The notes: a model not told the origin generated them from the sequence alone. Numbered from the stretch's first letter, positions 9,392 to 19,168 are shown. The stretch: 64,000 nt of DNA from Patescibacteria group bacterium (GCA_041653675.1 JBAZEY010000001.1:64098-128097); one strand, 5' to 3'. A program made the numbers and translations.

Positions 9392-9976
9392 GTGACGGAG
9401 GAAAAGGAAGGGTGCCAGGGAGGTTGGGTCAAGGAAGGGCAGAACGACGCCATTAGCAGAGAATTGGCGGGGGCAATGGCCGCCGGCAAGGCGCCTCAGT
9501 TCGAAGTAGTCAGGTTTGAGGCGAACAACGGTTGGGTAGACGAGAGCAGCAGCCGGATAAAAATCGATCTTGCTCTGATTTTGGATGGCCAGTTGGTTCA
9601 GGTCTTGGACGAACGGGTAATTGAGGAGCGTCCCAAGAATGGGGCTGCCTTCGACGGCCGACTCGGTTCAATTGACGTGATGGAATGTGCTCTGCGCCGG
9701 GCACTCCAAGAGCGCTGGCCAGAGATTAGGCAATATCTTGAAAAAGTAGAAATCGTGAGCTACTGCGCCTTCACGGCCGATTACAAGCAGAGCCATCATG
9801 TTCAAGTTACCTTCAAGATAATCTGCGATAAAGACGAGACGCCACGCGCTGTAGTGCGCGAGGGTGTTGATACGATCGGCAAGACGCGCTACACTTTGGT
9901 CACCATTTTCCGCTGGCTTGCCTGGCGTCTCTTGCGGCGGCTGCGCGGCGAGAAACGCGCGCGAGGCGAGTGCTAG
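9392..9976 (+). CDS. Hypothetical protein resembling a stand-alone LeuA/CimA C-terminal regulatory domain
   Basis: GSIDVMECALRRALQERWPE...VEIVSY resembles the GPVxALxxALRKAL...YPEL..V.L.DY motif; strong SD ggaggagga; GTG start. Confidence 0.55.
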   Translation: MTEEKEGCQGGWVKEGQNDAISRELAGAMAAGKAPQFEVVRFEANNGWVDESSSRIKIDLALILDGQLVQVLDERVIEERPKNGAAFDGRLGSIDVMECALRRALQERWPEIRQYLEKVEIVSYCAFTADYKQSHHVQVTFKIICDKDETPRAVVREGVDTIGKTRYTLVTIFRWLAWRLLRRLRGEKRARGEC

Positions 9977-10162
9977 ACAAGGAAGGTTCCGTCCCCGGCC
10001 GGCTTTACTATAATCCGGCCGGCTTTTTATTATATTTCAAGCAGAAATAAGCCTGCCCTTGACTTTGGGAGGGGTTGACAAAAATGACAAAAAGATATAC
10101 ACTTTAAACAGAAAATAGGGCTAAAAATAAGCTTTATTTTGAATTTTCAAGAAACCGTTTTT

Positions 10163-11680
10163 ATGAAGATTTCAGATAAGACAAAATATAGAATTCTCGA
10201 AATTATTCCAGGCGCGCTCGTCTGGGTTACTTTTATTTTGGCGATTTTACTTTCTTTTTGGAAACCACTCTGGGTGATTTATTTTATTATAGTTTTTTGT
10301 ATCTATTGGCTTTTTCGCGTACTCTACTTTGTTTTTTACATGGCAATTTCTTGGCGGCGTTTTAAAAAAGATATCAAGACAAACTGGTTGGAAAAAGTTT
10401 ACGCCTTACCCGATTGGCAAAATTTTTATCATTTGATAGTCTTTCCGACTTCGAAAGAACCGCTTGAAGTTTTGCGTTCTACTTTTCAAAACTTATCGAC
10501 GTCTCATTATCCTCTGGATAAAATGATTGTCGTTTTGTCAGGAGAAGAAAGAAATAAGGAAAATTTTTTAAAAAACGCTGAAGAGATTAAAAAAGAATTT
10601 GGTGATAAATTTTACAAGCTTCTTATCACCATGCATCCGGATAATTTGGTTGGTGAAATTAAGGGTAAGGGAGCGAACGCTCATTGGGCGGGTTTTAAAG
10701 CCAAAGAATTGATTGACGAACTTAAAATTCCTTACGGAAATATTATTGTTTCTTATTTTGACAGCGATACCTGCGTACATCCGGAATATTTTGCTTGCTT
10801 GGCGTATAAATATATTACTCATCCAAGACGCGAGCGCGCGGCTTTTCAGCCGGTGGCGCTTTATAATAACAATATTTGGGATTCAATGTCTCTGATGCGC
10901 GTCGCGGCTTTTGGCACAACCTTTTGGCTTTTAACAGAACTCGCGAAACCCGATCGGCTTTTTACTTTTTCTTCGCATAGCATTGCCTTCAAGGCGCTTG
11001 TTGATGTTGATTTTTGGCAGAAGGATGTTGTGACCGACGATTCAAGAATTTTTTTGCAATGTTTTATCCGTTATGGCGGAGAGTTTGAAGTCGTGCCAAT
11101 ATATGTTCCTGTGTCTATGGATACTGTCATGGCGGAAACGCCGTGGCGAAGCATGGTTAATCTTTACAAACAACAGCGGCGTTGGGCTTGGGGAGTAGAA
11201 CATTTTCCTTACATGGTTTGGCATTTTTCCCGCGGCACGTTGAAGACGGATAGTGGCGAAATCAAAGTACCAAAAATTCCTTTTTGGAAAAGATTTAAAT
11301 ATCTTTGGAACTTGGGAGAAGGAATGTATTCCTGGGCGACAGCGCCGATCTTGATGTTTGTTTTAAGTAAATTGCCTCTTTGGGTTGGAAAGGATGAAAT
11401 TGGAACGATGGCATTTTTCCAAACCGCGCCGCTTGTTTTAAAGTGGCTTCTTACAGCCGCCATGCTTGGTATGGTTGTTTCGGCGATTTTATTTTTATTT
11501 TTATTGCCGCCTCGACCAAAAAATAAGAGTCCGTTTAAGTTTGTGATTATGCTTGCGCAGTGGGCATTGCTTCCGGTGTCTTTAATTATATTTGGTGCAA
11601 TTCCGGCAGTGGAAGCGCAAACAAGATTGATGCTTGGAAAATATTTAGGTTTTTGGGTAACGGAAAAAGCAAGAAAATAA
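10163..11680 (+). CDS. Processive membrane GT2 glycosyltransferase
   Basis: KGAN, FDSD, TDD and QQRRW (QxxRW) motifs; flanking TM helices. Confidence 0.85.
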   Translation: MKISDKTKYRILEIIPGALVWVTFILAILLSFWKPLWVIYFIIVFCIYWLFRVLYFVFYMAISWRRFKKDIKTNWLEKVYALPDWQNFYHLIVFPTSKEPLEVLRSTFQNLSTSHYPLDKMIVVLSGEERNKENFLKNAEEIKKEFGDKFYKLLITMHPDNLVGEIKGKGANAHWAGFKAKELIDELKIPYGNIIVSYFDSDTCVHPEYFACLAYKYITHPRRERAAFQPVALYNNNIWDSMSLMRVAAFGTTFWLLTELAKPDRLFTFSSHSIAFKALVDVDFWQKDVVTDDSRIFLQCFIRYGGEFEVVPIYVPVSMDTVMAETPWRSMVNLYKQQRRWAWGVEHFPYMVWHFSRGTLKTDSGEIKVPKIPFWKRFKYLWNLGEGMYSWATAPILMFVLSKLPLWVGKDEIGTMAFFQTAPLVLKWLLTAAMLGMVVSAILFLFLLPPRPKNKSPFKFVIMLAQWALLPVSLIIFGAIPAVEAQTRLMLGKYLGFWVTEKARK

Positions 11681-11682
11681 TT

Positions 11683-12681
11683 ATGAAGGTTTCCATAAAT
11701 TTAGTAACTTGGAACGGAAAAAAATATTTGCCATATTGTTTAGATTCAATTGCCAAACAAACATTTCGCGATTTTTCTTTGTTTATTTTGGATAATGGAT
11801 CAACTGACGGCACGGTTGAGTATTTAAAAAATTCTTTGCTGCCAGTCGCTAATTGCCGGCTGGAGTTTAATGAAGAAAATATCGGTTTTGCCGCCGGCCA
11901 AAATCAAGCGCTTCGGGAAACGGACAGTGATTATGTTTTAATGTTGAACCAGGATATAATTTTAGAGCCAAACTTTTTGGAAGAAATTATTAAATTTTTA
12001 GATGGCAAAAATGAAGTCGCGGCAGTAACGGGAAAACTTTTGCATTGGGATTTTCCCAATAATCAAAAAACAGATTTGATTGATTCCGCCGGAATTAAAA
12101 TTTTCAAGAACCATCGGGCAATTGAATTTGGGGCGGGGGAGATGGATTTGGAAGAATGGAGCGCGCCGCGGGAAGTGTTTGGCGTTTCAGGAGCCGCGGC
12201 GGTTTATCGGCGGGCGGCTTTAAATGATGTCGCTATTAATGGGGAAGTTTTTGATGAAGATTTTTTTAGTTATAAAGAAGACGTGGATCTTGCTTACCGT
12301 TTGCGCCTTGCTGGGTTTAAGGCATGGTTTTTGCCCGGGGCTAGAGGCTACCACGACAGATCGGCAAGAAGCATGGCCCAAACTGATTCCGCGGTGGCGA
12401 GAGCGCGAAAAAATAAATCAGCTTTTGTTAATTATCATTCTTATAAAAATCATTTATTTTTTCTTTTGAAAAATGTTTCAGCGGGAGTTTGCTGGCGCTG
12501 GGGTTATCGGATAAAATGGTATGAATTTAAAAAATTTATTTATCTTTTATTTTTGGAGCCAAGGACGCTCGGAAGTTTAGGAGAATTTTTTAAAAAATTT
12601 CCCAAAATGTGGAGAAAAAGAAAGTGGATTATGAAAAATAAAAAGGCGGATATAGCGGAAATCAAAAAATGGTTTTCTTAA
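11683..12681 (+). CDS. GT2 glycosyltransferase
   Basis: LVTWN, DNGSTDGT, NIGFAAGQN, LNQD, FDEDFFSYKEDVDL. Confidence 0.92.
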   Translation: MKVSINLVTWNGKKYLPYCLDSIAKQTFRDFSLFILDNGSTDGTVEYLKNSLLPVANCRLEFNEENIGFAAGQNQALRETDSDYVLMLNQDIILEPNFLEEIIKFLDGKNEVAAVTGKLLHWDFPNNQKTDLIDSAGIKIFKNHRAIEFGAGEMDLEEWSAPREVFGVSGAAAVYRRAALNDVAINGEVFDEDFFSYKEDVDLAYRLRLAGFKAWFLPGARGYHDRSARSMAQTDSAVARARKNKSAFVNYHSYKNHLFFLLKNVSAGVCWRWGYRIKWYEFKKFIYLLFLEPRTLGSLGEFFKKFPKMWRKRKWIMKNKKADIAEIKKWFS

Positions 12682-12684
12682 AAT

Positions 12685-13491
12685 ATGGATTTATCAATTA
12701 TTATTTTAAATTATAGGGCGCGCGGGCTCCTCAAAGAATGTCTGAAGGGCATTAAGATGGTTCAGCCAAAATTGGATTACGAAATTATTGTGGTTGATAA
12801 TGCTTCGGGCGATGGGACTGCGCAAATGATGCGCGAAAATTTTCCGGAAATTAAATTTATCGCTTCGGAAAAAAATTTAGGTTACGCCAGGGGAAATAAT
12901 TTGGGAATTAAAGCGGCTAGCGGGCGCTACATAATGATTATGAATCCCGACATTATTGTTTTTTCCGATGTTTTGGAAAAGTTAGTTAAATTTTTAGACG
13001 AGAGACAAGATGTGGGAATTGTCGGACCGAAACTTTTGAATCCCGACAAATCTTTGCAATATTCGTGCTATCGTTACCCGGATTTTTGGGAACCGGTTTA
13101 CCGCCGGACGCCGCTTGGTCGCCTTGGTTTTGCCAAAAAGAAATTGGATCATTATTTTATGAAAGATTTTGATCATAATTCTGTAAAAGAAGTTGATTGG
13201 CTTTTGGGCGGATGCCTTCTTATCAGAAAAAAATCCTTGGACGATGTCCGCCTTTTAGATGAAAGATATTTTGCTTATTTTGACGACGTTGATTTATGCC
13301 GAAGTATGTGGGAGAAAAAATGGAAGGTAGTTTATGATCCAGAAATTTCCGTGATTCATTTTCACCGCCGTGAGTCGGCCGAAGGGAATTGGTGGAGCGC
13401 AATTTTTAAAAAAGTTACGCGGATTCACCTCTCAAGTTGGTTAAAATATTTTAAAAAATGGGGAAGAGAAACAATGGCAACTGGCAGATAA
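12685..13491 (+). CDS. GT2 glycosyltransferase (WbbL-like)
   Basis: VVDNASGDGT, NLGYARGNN, MNPD, LDERYFAYFDDVDLC. Confidence 0.92.
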   Translation: MDLSIIILNYRARGLLKECLKGIKMVQPKLDYEIIVVDNASGDGTAQMMRENFPEIKFIASEKNLGYARGNNLGIKAASGRYIMIMNPDIIVFSDVLEKLVKFLDERQDVGIVGPKLLNPDKSLQYSCYRYPDFWEPVYRRTPLGRLGFAKKKLDHYFMKDFDHNSVKEVDWLLGGCLLIRKKSLDDVRLLDERYFAYFDDVDLCRSMWEKKWKVVYDPEISVIHFHRRESAEGNWWSAIFKKVTRIHLSSWLKYFKKWGRETMATGR

Positions 13492-13512
13492 TATAAATGA
13501 TTATATAATCTT

Positions 13513-15510
13513 ATGAAATTTAGGGGGACAAATTTTTTGGATTTAGTTCGTCCGGCGAAGGCAGAGCGACGGAGAGCAATTTTGTTCGTTAAAATTTTGC
13601 TTTACACTTTTGCCGCCGTAGTGGCGATAAGCTTAATTTTAGTAGGAATTTATTTTGGGACTGCCCGCAAGGTTTACGGGTTGTCGGAAAAAGGAAAACA
13701 AAATTTGGAGTTGGCTTCAAATGAAATCTCCGCGCTTAATTTAGAAAAAGCAGGCACGTATCTGACAGAGGCGGAAAATAATTTTAGCGAGGCAGCGGAG
13801 AGTTTTAATAAGTTAAGTTTTTTGAGTAAGCTTCCCTGGATTGGCAATCAGTACGACGCCGCCTCAAGCCTGCTTCGGTCGGGAGTCCAGACTTCGTCCG
13901 CCCTTCACGATCTCGTGGGCGTGGCAGGGGAGGTTATAAGCGTTATGGGCGATGCGCAAGCAGTAGTGCAGGGAATTCCGTCGGTTAGTGGAGAGGCGAG
14001 TTTCGCAGGAATAAGCCCGGAGAAAAAACGAGAACTTTTACAAAAACTTTTTGAGTCGCCGCCGCGTCTTGCCGGAGCGAAAGCAAAAATTGATTTGGCC
14101 TTGCTCGCGCTTGATCAGATTAACGAAGATGATGTCGCGGGCCAGATTTTAAAAATTTTAGAACCGGTAAGGGAGGCTTTATTAAAGATTCAGGGTATTC
14201 TTGCCAAAGCGATTCCCGCGGCGGAAATTTTACCAAAAATTGCCGGCTACCCCGAAGGCAAAACTTATCTTTTTCTTTTACAAAATAGTGACGAGATGCG
14301 TCCGACAGGCGGATTTATCGGCACCTACGGAATTGTTAAAGTTAAAGATGGAAATGTGGAAACTTTTGATACGGATAATGTTTATGCCCTGGATGGCGCG
14401 GCTGAGAGATTTTTACGGGTTAGTCCGCCCGCGCCAATCGGAAAATATTTAAGAGTTGGCGCCTGGTTTTTGCGCGATGCCAACTGGTCGCCGGATTTTC
14501 CAACCGCGGCGGCCCAGGCCGAATGGTTTTATAAAGCTGAAGGTGGACGTGAAAAAAAGATTGACACGGTTATCGCCGTCACCCCGACCTTTATTGAAAA
14601 TATTTTGCGCCAGATTGGGAATATTGAAATTAACGGAGAAACCTTCACACCGGAAAATTTAATGGATGTTCTTCAATATAAAGTGGAAAAAGAATATTAT
14701 GAAAAGGGTATTCCGGAAATTCAAAGAAAAGATATCGTCGGTGATTTGGGGGAAAAGATTTTTGAGCGTCTAACAAATCTCCCGTCATCGCGTTGGTCAA
14801 GTATTTTTAAGGTAGCCGATCAGGCTTTGGCCGAGCGGCACCTTCTTGTCTGGAGCGAAGACCAGGAATTGCAGGCGATTATTGCTCGCGAAGGATGGAG
14901 TGGAAAAATTTTGGAATCTAGCGGGGATTATTTAATGGTGATTGACGCGAATTTAGCTGCCTTGAAAACCGACGGAGTGATGGACAAAAAAATAAATTAT
15001 TCTCTGTCAAAAGATTCATCGGGAAATTACCGCGCCAAGGTTGATATTAATTATAGAAACAACGGAACTTTTACTTGGAAAACTACGCGTTATCGAACCT
15101 ATACCAGAATCTATGTTCCGGACGGAAGTGTTTTGATTGGCGGCAGCGGCATGATGGAAAATGATAAAATTTTAGATCCTTCGGGGCGACCGGGAAAAAT
15201 TGATGTTGGCGAAGAAGCGGGGAAAACTTATTTTGGCGCCTTTATTTCCATTGAACCCGGAAAAGAGAGAACGCTCAGCTTTGAATATACTCTGCCGGAA
15301 AAAATTAAGAACCAGATTGATCAGAAGTTGTATAAATTATTAGTTCAAAAACAATCTGGTACAATTGCTCATCCCTTGACTTTAAACCTTAATTTTGGTA
15401 AAAATATTAAACAAGCCGTTCCGGCGGAAGAGCAGAAAAATTGGGGTGATAACATATATAAACTGCAGACTGAACTACGAGAAGACAAGTCGATTGAAAT
15501 CGGATTTTAA
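13513..15510 (+). CDS. DUF4012 domain-containing membrane protein
   Basis: YLFLLQNSDEMRPTGGFIG and RDANWSPDFP motifs; N-terminal TM. Confidence 0.85.
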   Translation: MKFRGTNFLDLVRPAKAERRRAILFVKILLYTFAAVVAISLILVGIYFGTARKVYGLSEKGKQNLELASNEISALNLEKAGTYLTEAENNFSEAAESFNKLSFLSKLPWIGNQYDAASSLLRSGVQTSSALHDLVGVAGEVISVMGDAQAVVQGIPSVSGEASFAGISPEKKRELLQKLFESPPRLAGAKAKIDLALLALDQINEDDVAGQILKILEPVREALLKIQGILAKAIPAAEILPKIAGYPEGKTYLFLLQNSDEMRPTGGFIGTYGIVKVKDGNVETFDTDNVYALDGAAERFLRVSPPAPIGKYLRVGAWFLRDANWSPDFPTAAAQAEWFYKAEGGREKKIDTVIAVTPTFIENILRQIGNIEINGETFTPENLMDVLQYKVEKEYYEKGIPEIQRKDIVGDLGEKIFERLTNLPSSRWSSIFKVADQALAERHLLVWSEDQELQAIIAREGWSGKILESSGDYLMVIDANLAALKTDGVMDKKINYSLSKDSSGNYRAKVDINYRNNGTFTWKTTRYRTYTRIYVPDGSVLIGGSGMMENDKILDPSGRPGKIDVGEEAGKTYFGAFISIEPGKERTLSFEYTLPEKIKNQIDQKLYKLLVQKQSGTIAHPLTLNLNFGKNIKQAVPAEEQKNWGDNIYKLQTELREDKSIEIGF

Positions 15511-15522
15511 ATAAAATAAGAT

Positions 15523-16530
15523 ATGCTACGCAAAAAGATCGGCATTGATCTTGGAACAACGAACGTCCTGGTTCATGTTCCCAAAAGAGGCATTATCATC
15601 AACGAGCCGTCGGTGGTCGCGCTCTCTGTTTCTGATAGAAAAATTTTGGCTGTTGGTCATGAAGCAAAGGAAATGCTCGGCCGCACTCCGGAAACAATTG
15701 TTGCGAGGCGTCCCCTAAAAGACGGCGTTATTGCTGATTATAAAACAACCGAAACAATGCTTAGATATTTTATTAATAAAGCTTTGGGCGGCGTGCGTCT
15801 TTTCCGTCCAGAGGTGATGGTGGCTGTGCCAGCCGGGATTACTTCAACTGAAAAAAGAGCGGTCATTGACGCGACGATTACAGCCGGAGCAAAGGCGGCA
15901 TATGTTATTAAAGAACCAATTGTGGCGGCGATTGGCGCGAATATTCCAATCGGCAGCGCTTCGGGACATATGATCATTGATATTGGCGGAGGTACGGCAG
16001 AAATGGCAGTTATTTCTTTGGGTGGCATTGTTTCTTCCGCGTCGGTCCGAATCGGCGGAAATAAATTGGATATGGCATTGGCTGAATTTATTCGCCGAAA
16101 ATACGGTTTGGCGATTGGCGAACGAACAGCTGAACAAATTAAAATTGAAATCGGTTCGGCGATGTATCTTGAAGATAAATTAAGAATGGAAGTTCGCGGG
16201 CGCGACATGATTTCAGGTTTGCCGCGAACAATTATTGTTACTTCAGATGATGTGACTGACGCGCTAGGAAATGAGTTGGAAGGAATTGTCGCTGCGGTTA
16301 AAGAAGTTTTGTACAACACCCCTCCGGAACTTTCCGCCGACGTGATTGACAAGGGGATTGTTCTTTCTGGTGGGACGTCGTTGCTTAGAAATATCGACCA
16401 ATTAATTTCCCAGGCAACGGGAATCCCTGCTTATGTGGCAAACGATCCGCTGCTTTGCGTGGCCAAAGGCACGGGCATCGCTCTTGAAAATCTCGAATCT
16501 TATAAAAAAAGTATTTTAGCGACGAAGTAG
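15523..16530 (+). CDS. mreB: Rod shape-determining protein MreB
   Basis: IGIDLGTTN, NEPSVVA, PLKDGVIAD, IDIGGGT, TPPELSAD, GIVLSGG. Confidence 0.95.
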   Translation: MLRKKIGIDLGTTNVLVHVPKRGIIINEPSVVALSVSDRKILAVGHEAKEMLGRTPETIVARRPLKDGVIADYKTTETMLRYFINKALGGVRLFRPEVMVAVPAGITSTEKRAVIDATITAGAKAAYVIKEPIVAAIGANIPIGSASGHMIIDIGGGTAEMAVISLGGIVSSASVRIGGNKLDMALAEFIRRKYGLAIGERTAEQIKIEIGSAMYLEDKLRMEVRGRDMISGLPRTIIVTSDDVTDALGNELEGIVAAVKEVLYNTPPELSADVIDKGIVLSGGTSLLRNIDQLISQATGIPAYVANDPLLCVAKGTGIALENLESYKKSILATK

Positions 16531-16548
16531 CCAATATAAAAATTTCAC

Positions 16549-17667
16549 ATGACAATTGGTATCGACGCCTCGCGCGCCAACAAAACCGAAAAGACCGGTA
16601 CTGAGTGGTACTCTTACCATTTAATCCAGGAATTAAAAAAAATCACTGATCCAAAAGATCAGTTTATTTTGTATTCGCGGGAAAAGTTACGCGATGAACT
16701 GGGAGAATTGCCGTCAAATTGGCAGAACAGGGTGCTCGATTGGTCGCCTGGAAAATTATGGACGCAGGTGCGGTTTTCCGCTGAAATGTGGCAGAGGCCG
16801 CCGGAGCTGCTTTTTGTTCCCGCCCATATTCTCCCAACCATCCGTCCGGAAAAAGTCGTGACAACTTGCCACGATGTGGCATTTCTTCGGTTGCCGCAAG
16901 TTTACGATTGGGCATCTTTAAATTATCAGAAGCTAGCCGTGAAGTTTGCTATTCACCACGCGACAAAAATTATTGCCGTTTCAGAATTTACTAAAAACGA
17001 GTTAATTGATTTTTTTAAAATTTCTGCTGGACGAATTGCAGTCGTGCCAAATGGTTATGATAGCGAGAGTTACAAAATTATTGAAGATGGGACAGCGGTG
17101 GCAAAAGTTTTGGAAAAATATAAAATTACTGAGCCATACATTTTATACACCGGTCGGCTGGAGCTGAAAAAAAATACGCCAGGATTAATTGAGGCGTTTA
17201 AAGTTTTGAAAAAAAGTTACAATCAGCCGTTAAAATTAGTCTTGGTCGGCCAGCCAGGTTTCGGTTTTGAAAAAGTCACAAAAGCCATCGCAGAAAGCGA
17301 TTTGCAAAATGATATTATAATGCCCGGCTGGGTTGCGCGAGAAGATTTACCGTATTTGATGAGCGGCGCGCGCGCTTTTGTTTTTCCGTCATTTTATGAA
17401 GGATTTGGCATTCCGGTTTTGGAAGCTATGGCTTGCGGTACGCCAGTCGTCGCTTCGGGAATTCCCGCGCTTCGCGAAGTAGCGGGGGAGGCGGCGTATT
17501 TAGTTGATCCGGATTTTTCGGAAAATATTGCCGAAGGAATTAACCGAGTTTTAACTGATGAACATTTACGGAAAGATTTAAAAATCCGCGGACTCGCGCG
17601 GGTGAAAGATTTTAGTTGGGAGAAATGTGCGAGAGAAACGTGGAAAGTTTTAGAGGGGTTGAAATAA
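16549..17667 (+). CDS. GT4 glycosyltransferase
   Basis: FVFPSFYEGFGIPVLEAMACGTPV motif. Confidence 0.93.
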   Translation: MTIGIDASRANKTEKTGTEWYSYHLIQELKKITDPKDQFILYSREKLRDELGELPSNWQNRVLDWSPGKLWTQVRFSAEMWQRPPELLFVPAHILPTIRPEKVVTTCHDVAFLRLPQVYDWASLNYQKLAVKFAIHHATKIIAVSEFTKNELIDFFKISAGRIAVVPNGYDSESYKIIEDGTAVAKVLEKYKITEPYILYTGRLELKKNTPGLIEAFKVLKKSYNQPLKLVLVGQPGFGFEKVTKAIAESDLQNDIIMPGWVAREDLPYLMSGARAFVFPSFYEGFGIPVLEAMACGTPVVASGIPALREVAGEAAYLVDPDFSENIAEGINRVLTDEHLRKDLKIRGLARVKDFSWEKCARETWKVLEGLK

Positions 17668-17705
17668 TTTTTAATTTAAAATTTTGAATTTTGAGTCAAT
17701 TTTAA

Positions 17706-18092
17706 ATGGGGGAATTACAAAACAATCATTTTAATCTAGAAGAGCGGACAGCACAATTTGGCATAGCGATAATAAGGTTCAGTAAAACATTGAGTCAAGA
17801 TGCTGTTTCAAGGCCACTTATAAATCAGTTGGTGAGATCGGGGACTAGCGTCGGTGCGAATTATATGGAAGCCAACGGTGCCAGCTCCAGAAAAGATTTT
17901 CAGAATAAAATTTATATTTGCAAAAAAGAAGTTCAAGAAACAAAACATTGGTTGAGAATGATCGCGGAGTGTTGCCCCAGCTGTAGAGAACGGGCAAGAA
18001 TTTTATGGGCCGAAGCACAAGAGCTGACTCTAATTTTTGGAAAAATAGTTTCTACTTTAAATAGCAAAAAAAGGGACGAACAGATTTTATAA
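17706..18092 (+). CDS. Four helix bundle protein (23S rRNA IVP / TIGR02436-like)
   Basis: QLVRSGTSVGANYMEA...SRKDF...ICKKEVQETKHWL motif. Confidence 0.9.
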   Translation: MGELQNNHFNLEERTAQFGIAIIRFSKTLSQDAVSRPLINQLVRSGTSVGANYMEANGASSRKDFQNKIYICKKEVQETKHWLRMIAECCPSCRERARILWAEAQELTLIFGKIVSTLNSKKRDEQIL

Positions 18093-18251
18093 ATTTAATA
18101 ATTTAGTCATTCATTAAAAATTCAGAATTAAAAATTTTAAATTAAAATAAAGAGAGGTCCGTCCGCAAATTGGATTTAGAGTCCAAGTCGCAGGCAGACC
18201 TCAATGGGTGGGATAGAAGAGTCTCAAGAGTCGAGACTCGGGCGGGACGAA

Positions 18252-18506
18252 CTAGTACAGGTCGTCGGCCGGGTCCTCGAGCTGTCCACCGGTGTGGAGC
18301 AGCCGGAGGTGGTCGTCGTCGCAGGCCAAGGCGATCGCGCGATCGCGGTCGCGGGTCTGGCGCCAGACGCCGTCGGGATCCCTCACGAGATCGGCGGGAT
18401 CGTCTTCTCCGTCGTCGCCACGCTGGTCGGGCGACAGCAGTTCGCGCAGTTCTTCGGACAGTTCGCCGCGGTTCAAATCGCACTCCGCGAAACGTCGGCA
18501 AGCCAT
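18252..18506 (-). CDS. Small acidic hypothetical protein (84 aa), GC-rich
   Basis: MACRRFAECDL...DPADDLY; GGAAGGAGGAG SD just upstream of the ATG at 18506; terminator-like hairpin downstream (~18154-18202). Confidence 0.55.
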   Translation of the reverse strand: MACRRFAECDLNRGELSEELRELLSPDQRGDDGEDDPADLVRDPDGVWRQTRDRDRAIALACDDDHLRLLHTGGQLEDPADDLY

Positions 18507-18648
18507 TCTACCCACTCCTCCTTCCCAACTCCGCTCGGATGAGCGAAGTGATGACCTCCTCCTGATAGTCATCCAGTTGTTTAGAAATTTTTCCAAGCAA
18601 CTGGATAATTGTCAGGAATTTCCGCCTCTTCGGTGGATTTATTTTTTT

Positions 18649-19030
18649 AAAAAAGTAGGGGCAGAAGAGTTTTTACGCTCCTCTGCCCCATCGTGTTCAA
18701 TGCGCGCCCCGCGCTGCAGTTTCGGGGTAGGGCATTCGCGTTTCCTCCCTGCCGTTTGGATGTGGGTGCCTGCCACCAAACATTGTGTGGTCCAGAATAC
18801 ACACCCTGGGTTAGTTGGCCATCGGCGCTCGCCGGGCGGTGGGGGCGAACATCGAAATGTCGCCTGTCGCGTAATCGGTTAGAGCAGCCTTGGCCCAGCT
18901 CAGAACAGCCTCATCGCCGGCGTCGTCGTGCCGGCACGCGCTTCGGGGAATCCCGCTTTTGCCAGATGGCAGAGCGGTTAGCTCGGTCCTAAGCCGGTTA
19001 AGGCCGTGACAGAGCTTCCCCACGTTCGGT
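18649..19030 (-). ncRNA. Putative structured non-coding RNA A (~380 nt), unassigned
   Basis: Minus-strand TTGACA (19065-19060)-17 nt-TAAAGT with extended TG; many GC hairpins; terminator ggggcagaggagc/actcttctgcccc plus U-run; no convincing ORF. Confidence 0.6.
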
Positions 19031-19168
19031 GGTTTTACTTTATCATATTTTTATAATTTTGTCAAGGGTTATTGACAAAATAAGCAAAAAGCCCCAGTTT
19101 TATAGGGCTTTTCTTTATTCCGTATTTATGTTATGATATGTGAATAATTAATAAAAATTAGTAATATT

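Noticed and set aside
17706-18092. Diversity-generating retroelement (Avd-like gene)
   Set aside because: No reverse transcriptase and no TR/VR repeat pair with adenine-specific mismatches seen in the window
18142-19023. Alternative ORFs (18142-18501, 18170-18565, 18204-18542, 18292-18882, 18693-18992, 18811-19023)
   Set aside because: Shadow frames of GC-rich sequence; only 18252-18506 has a strong SD and a terminator
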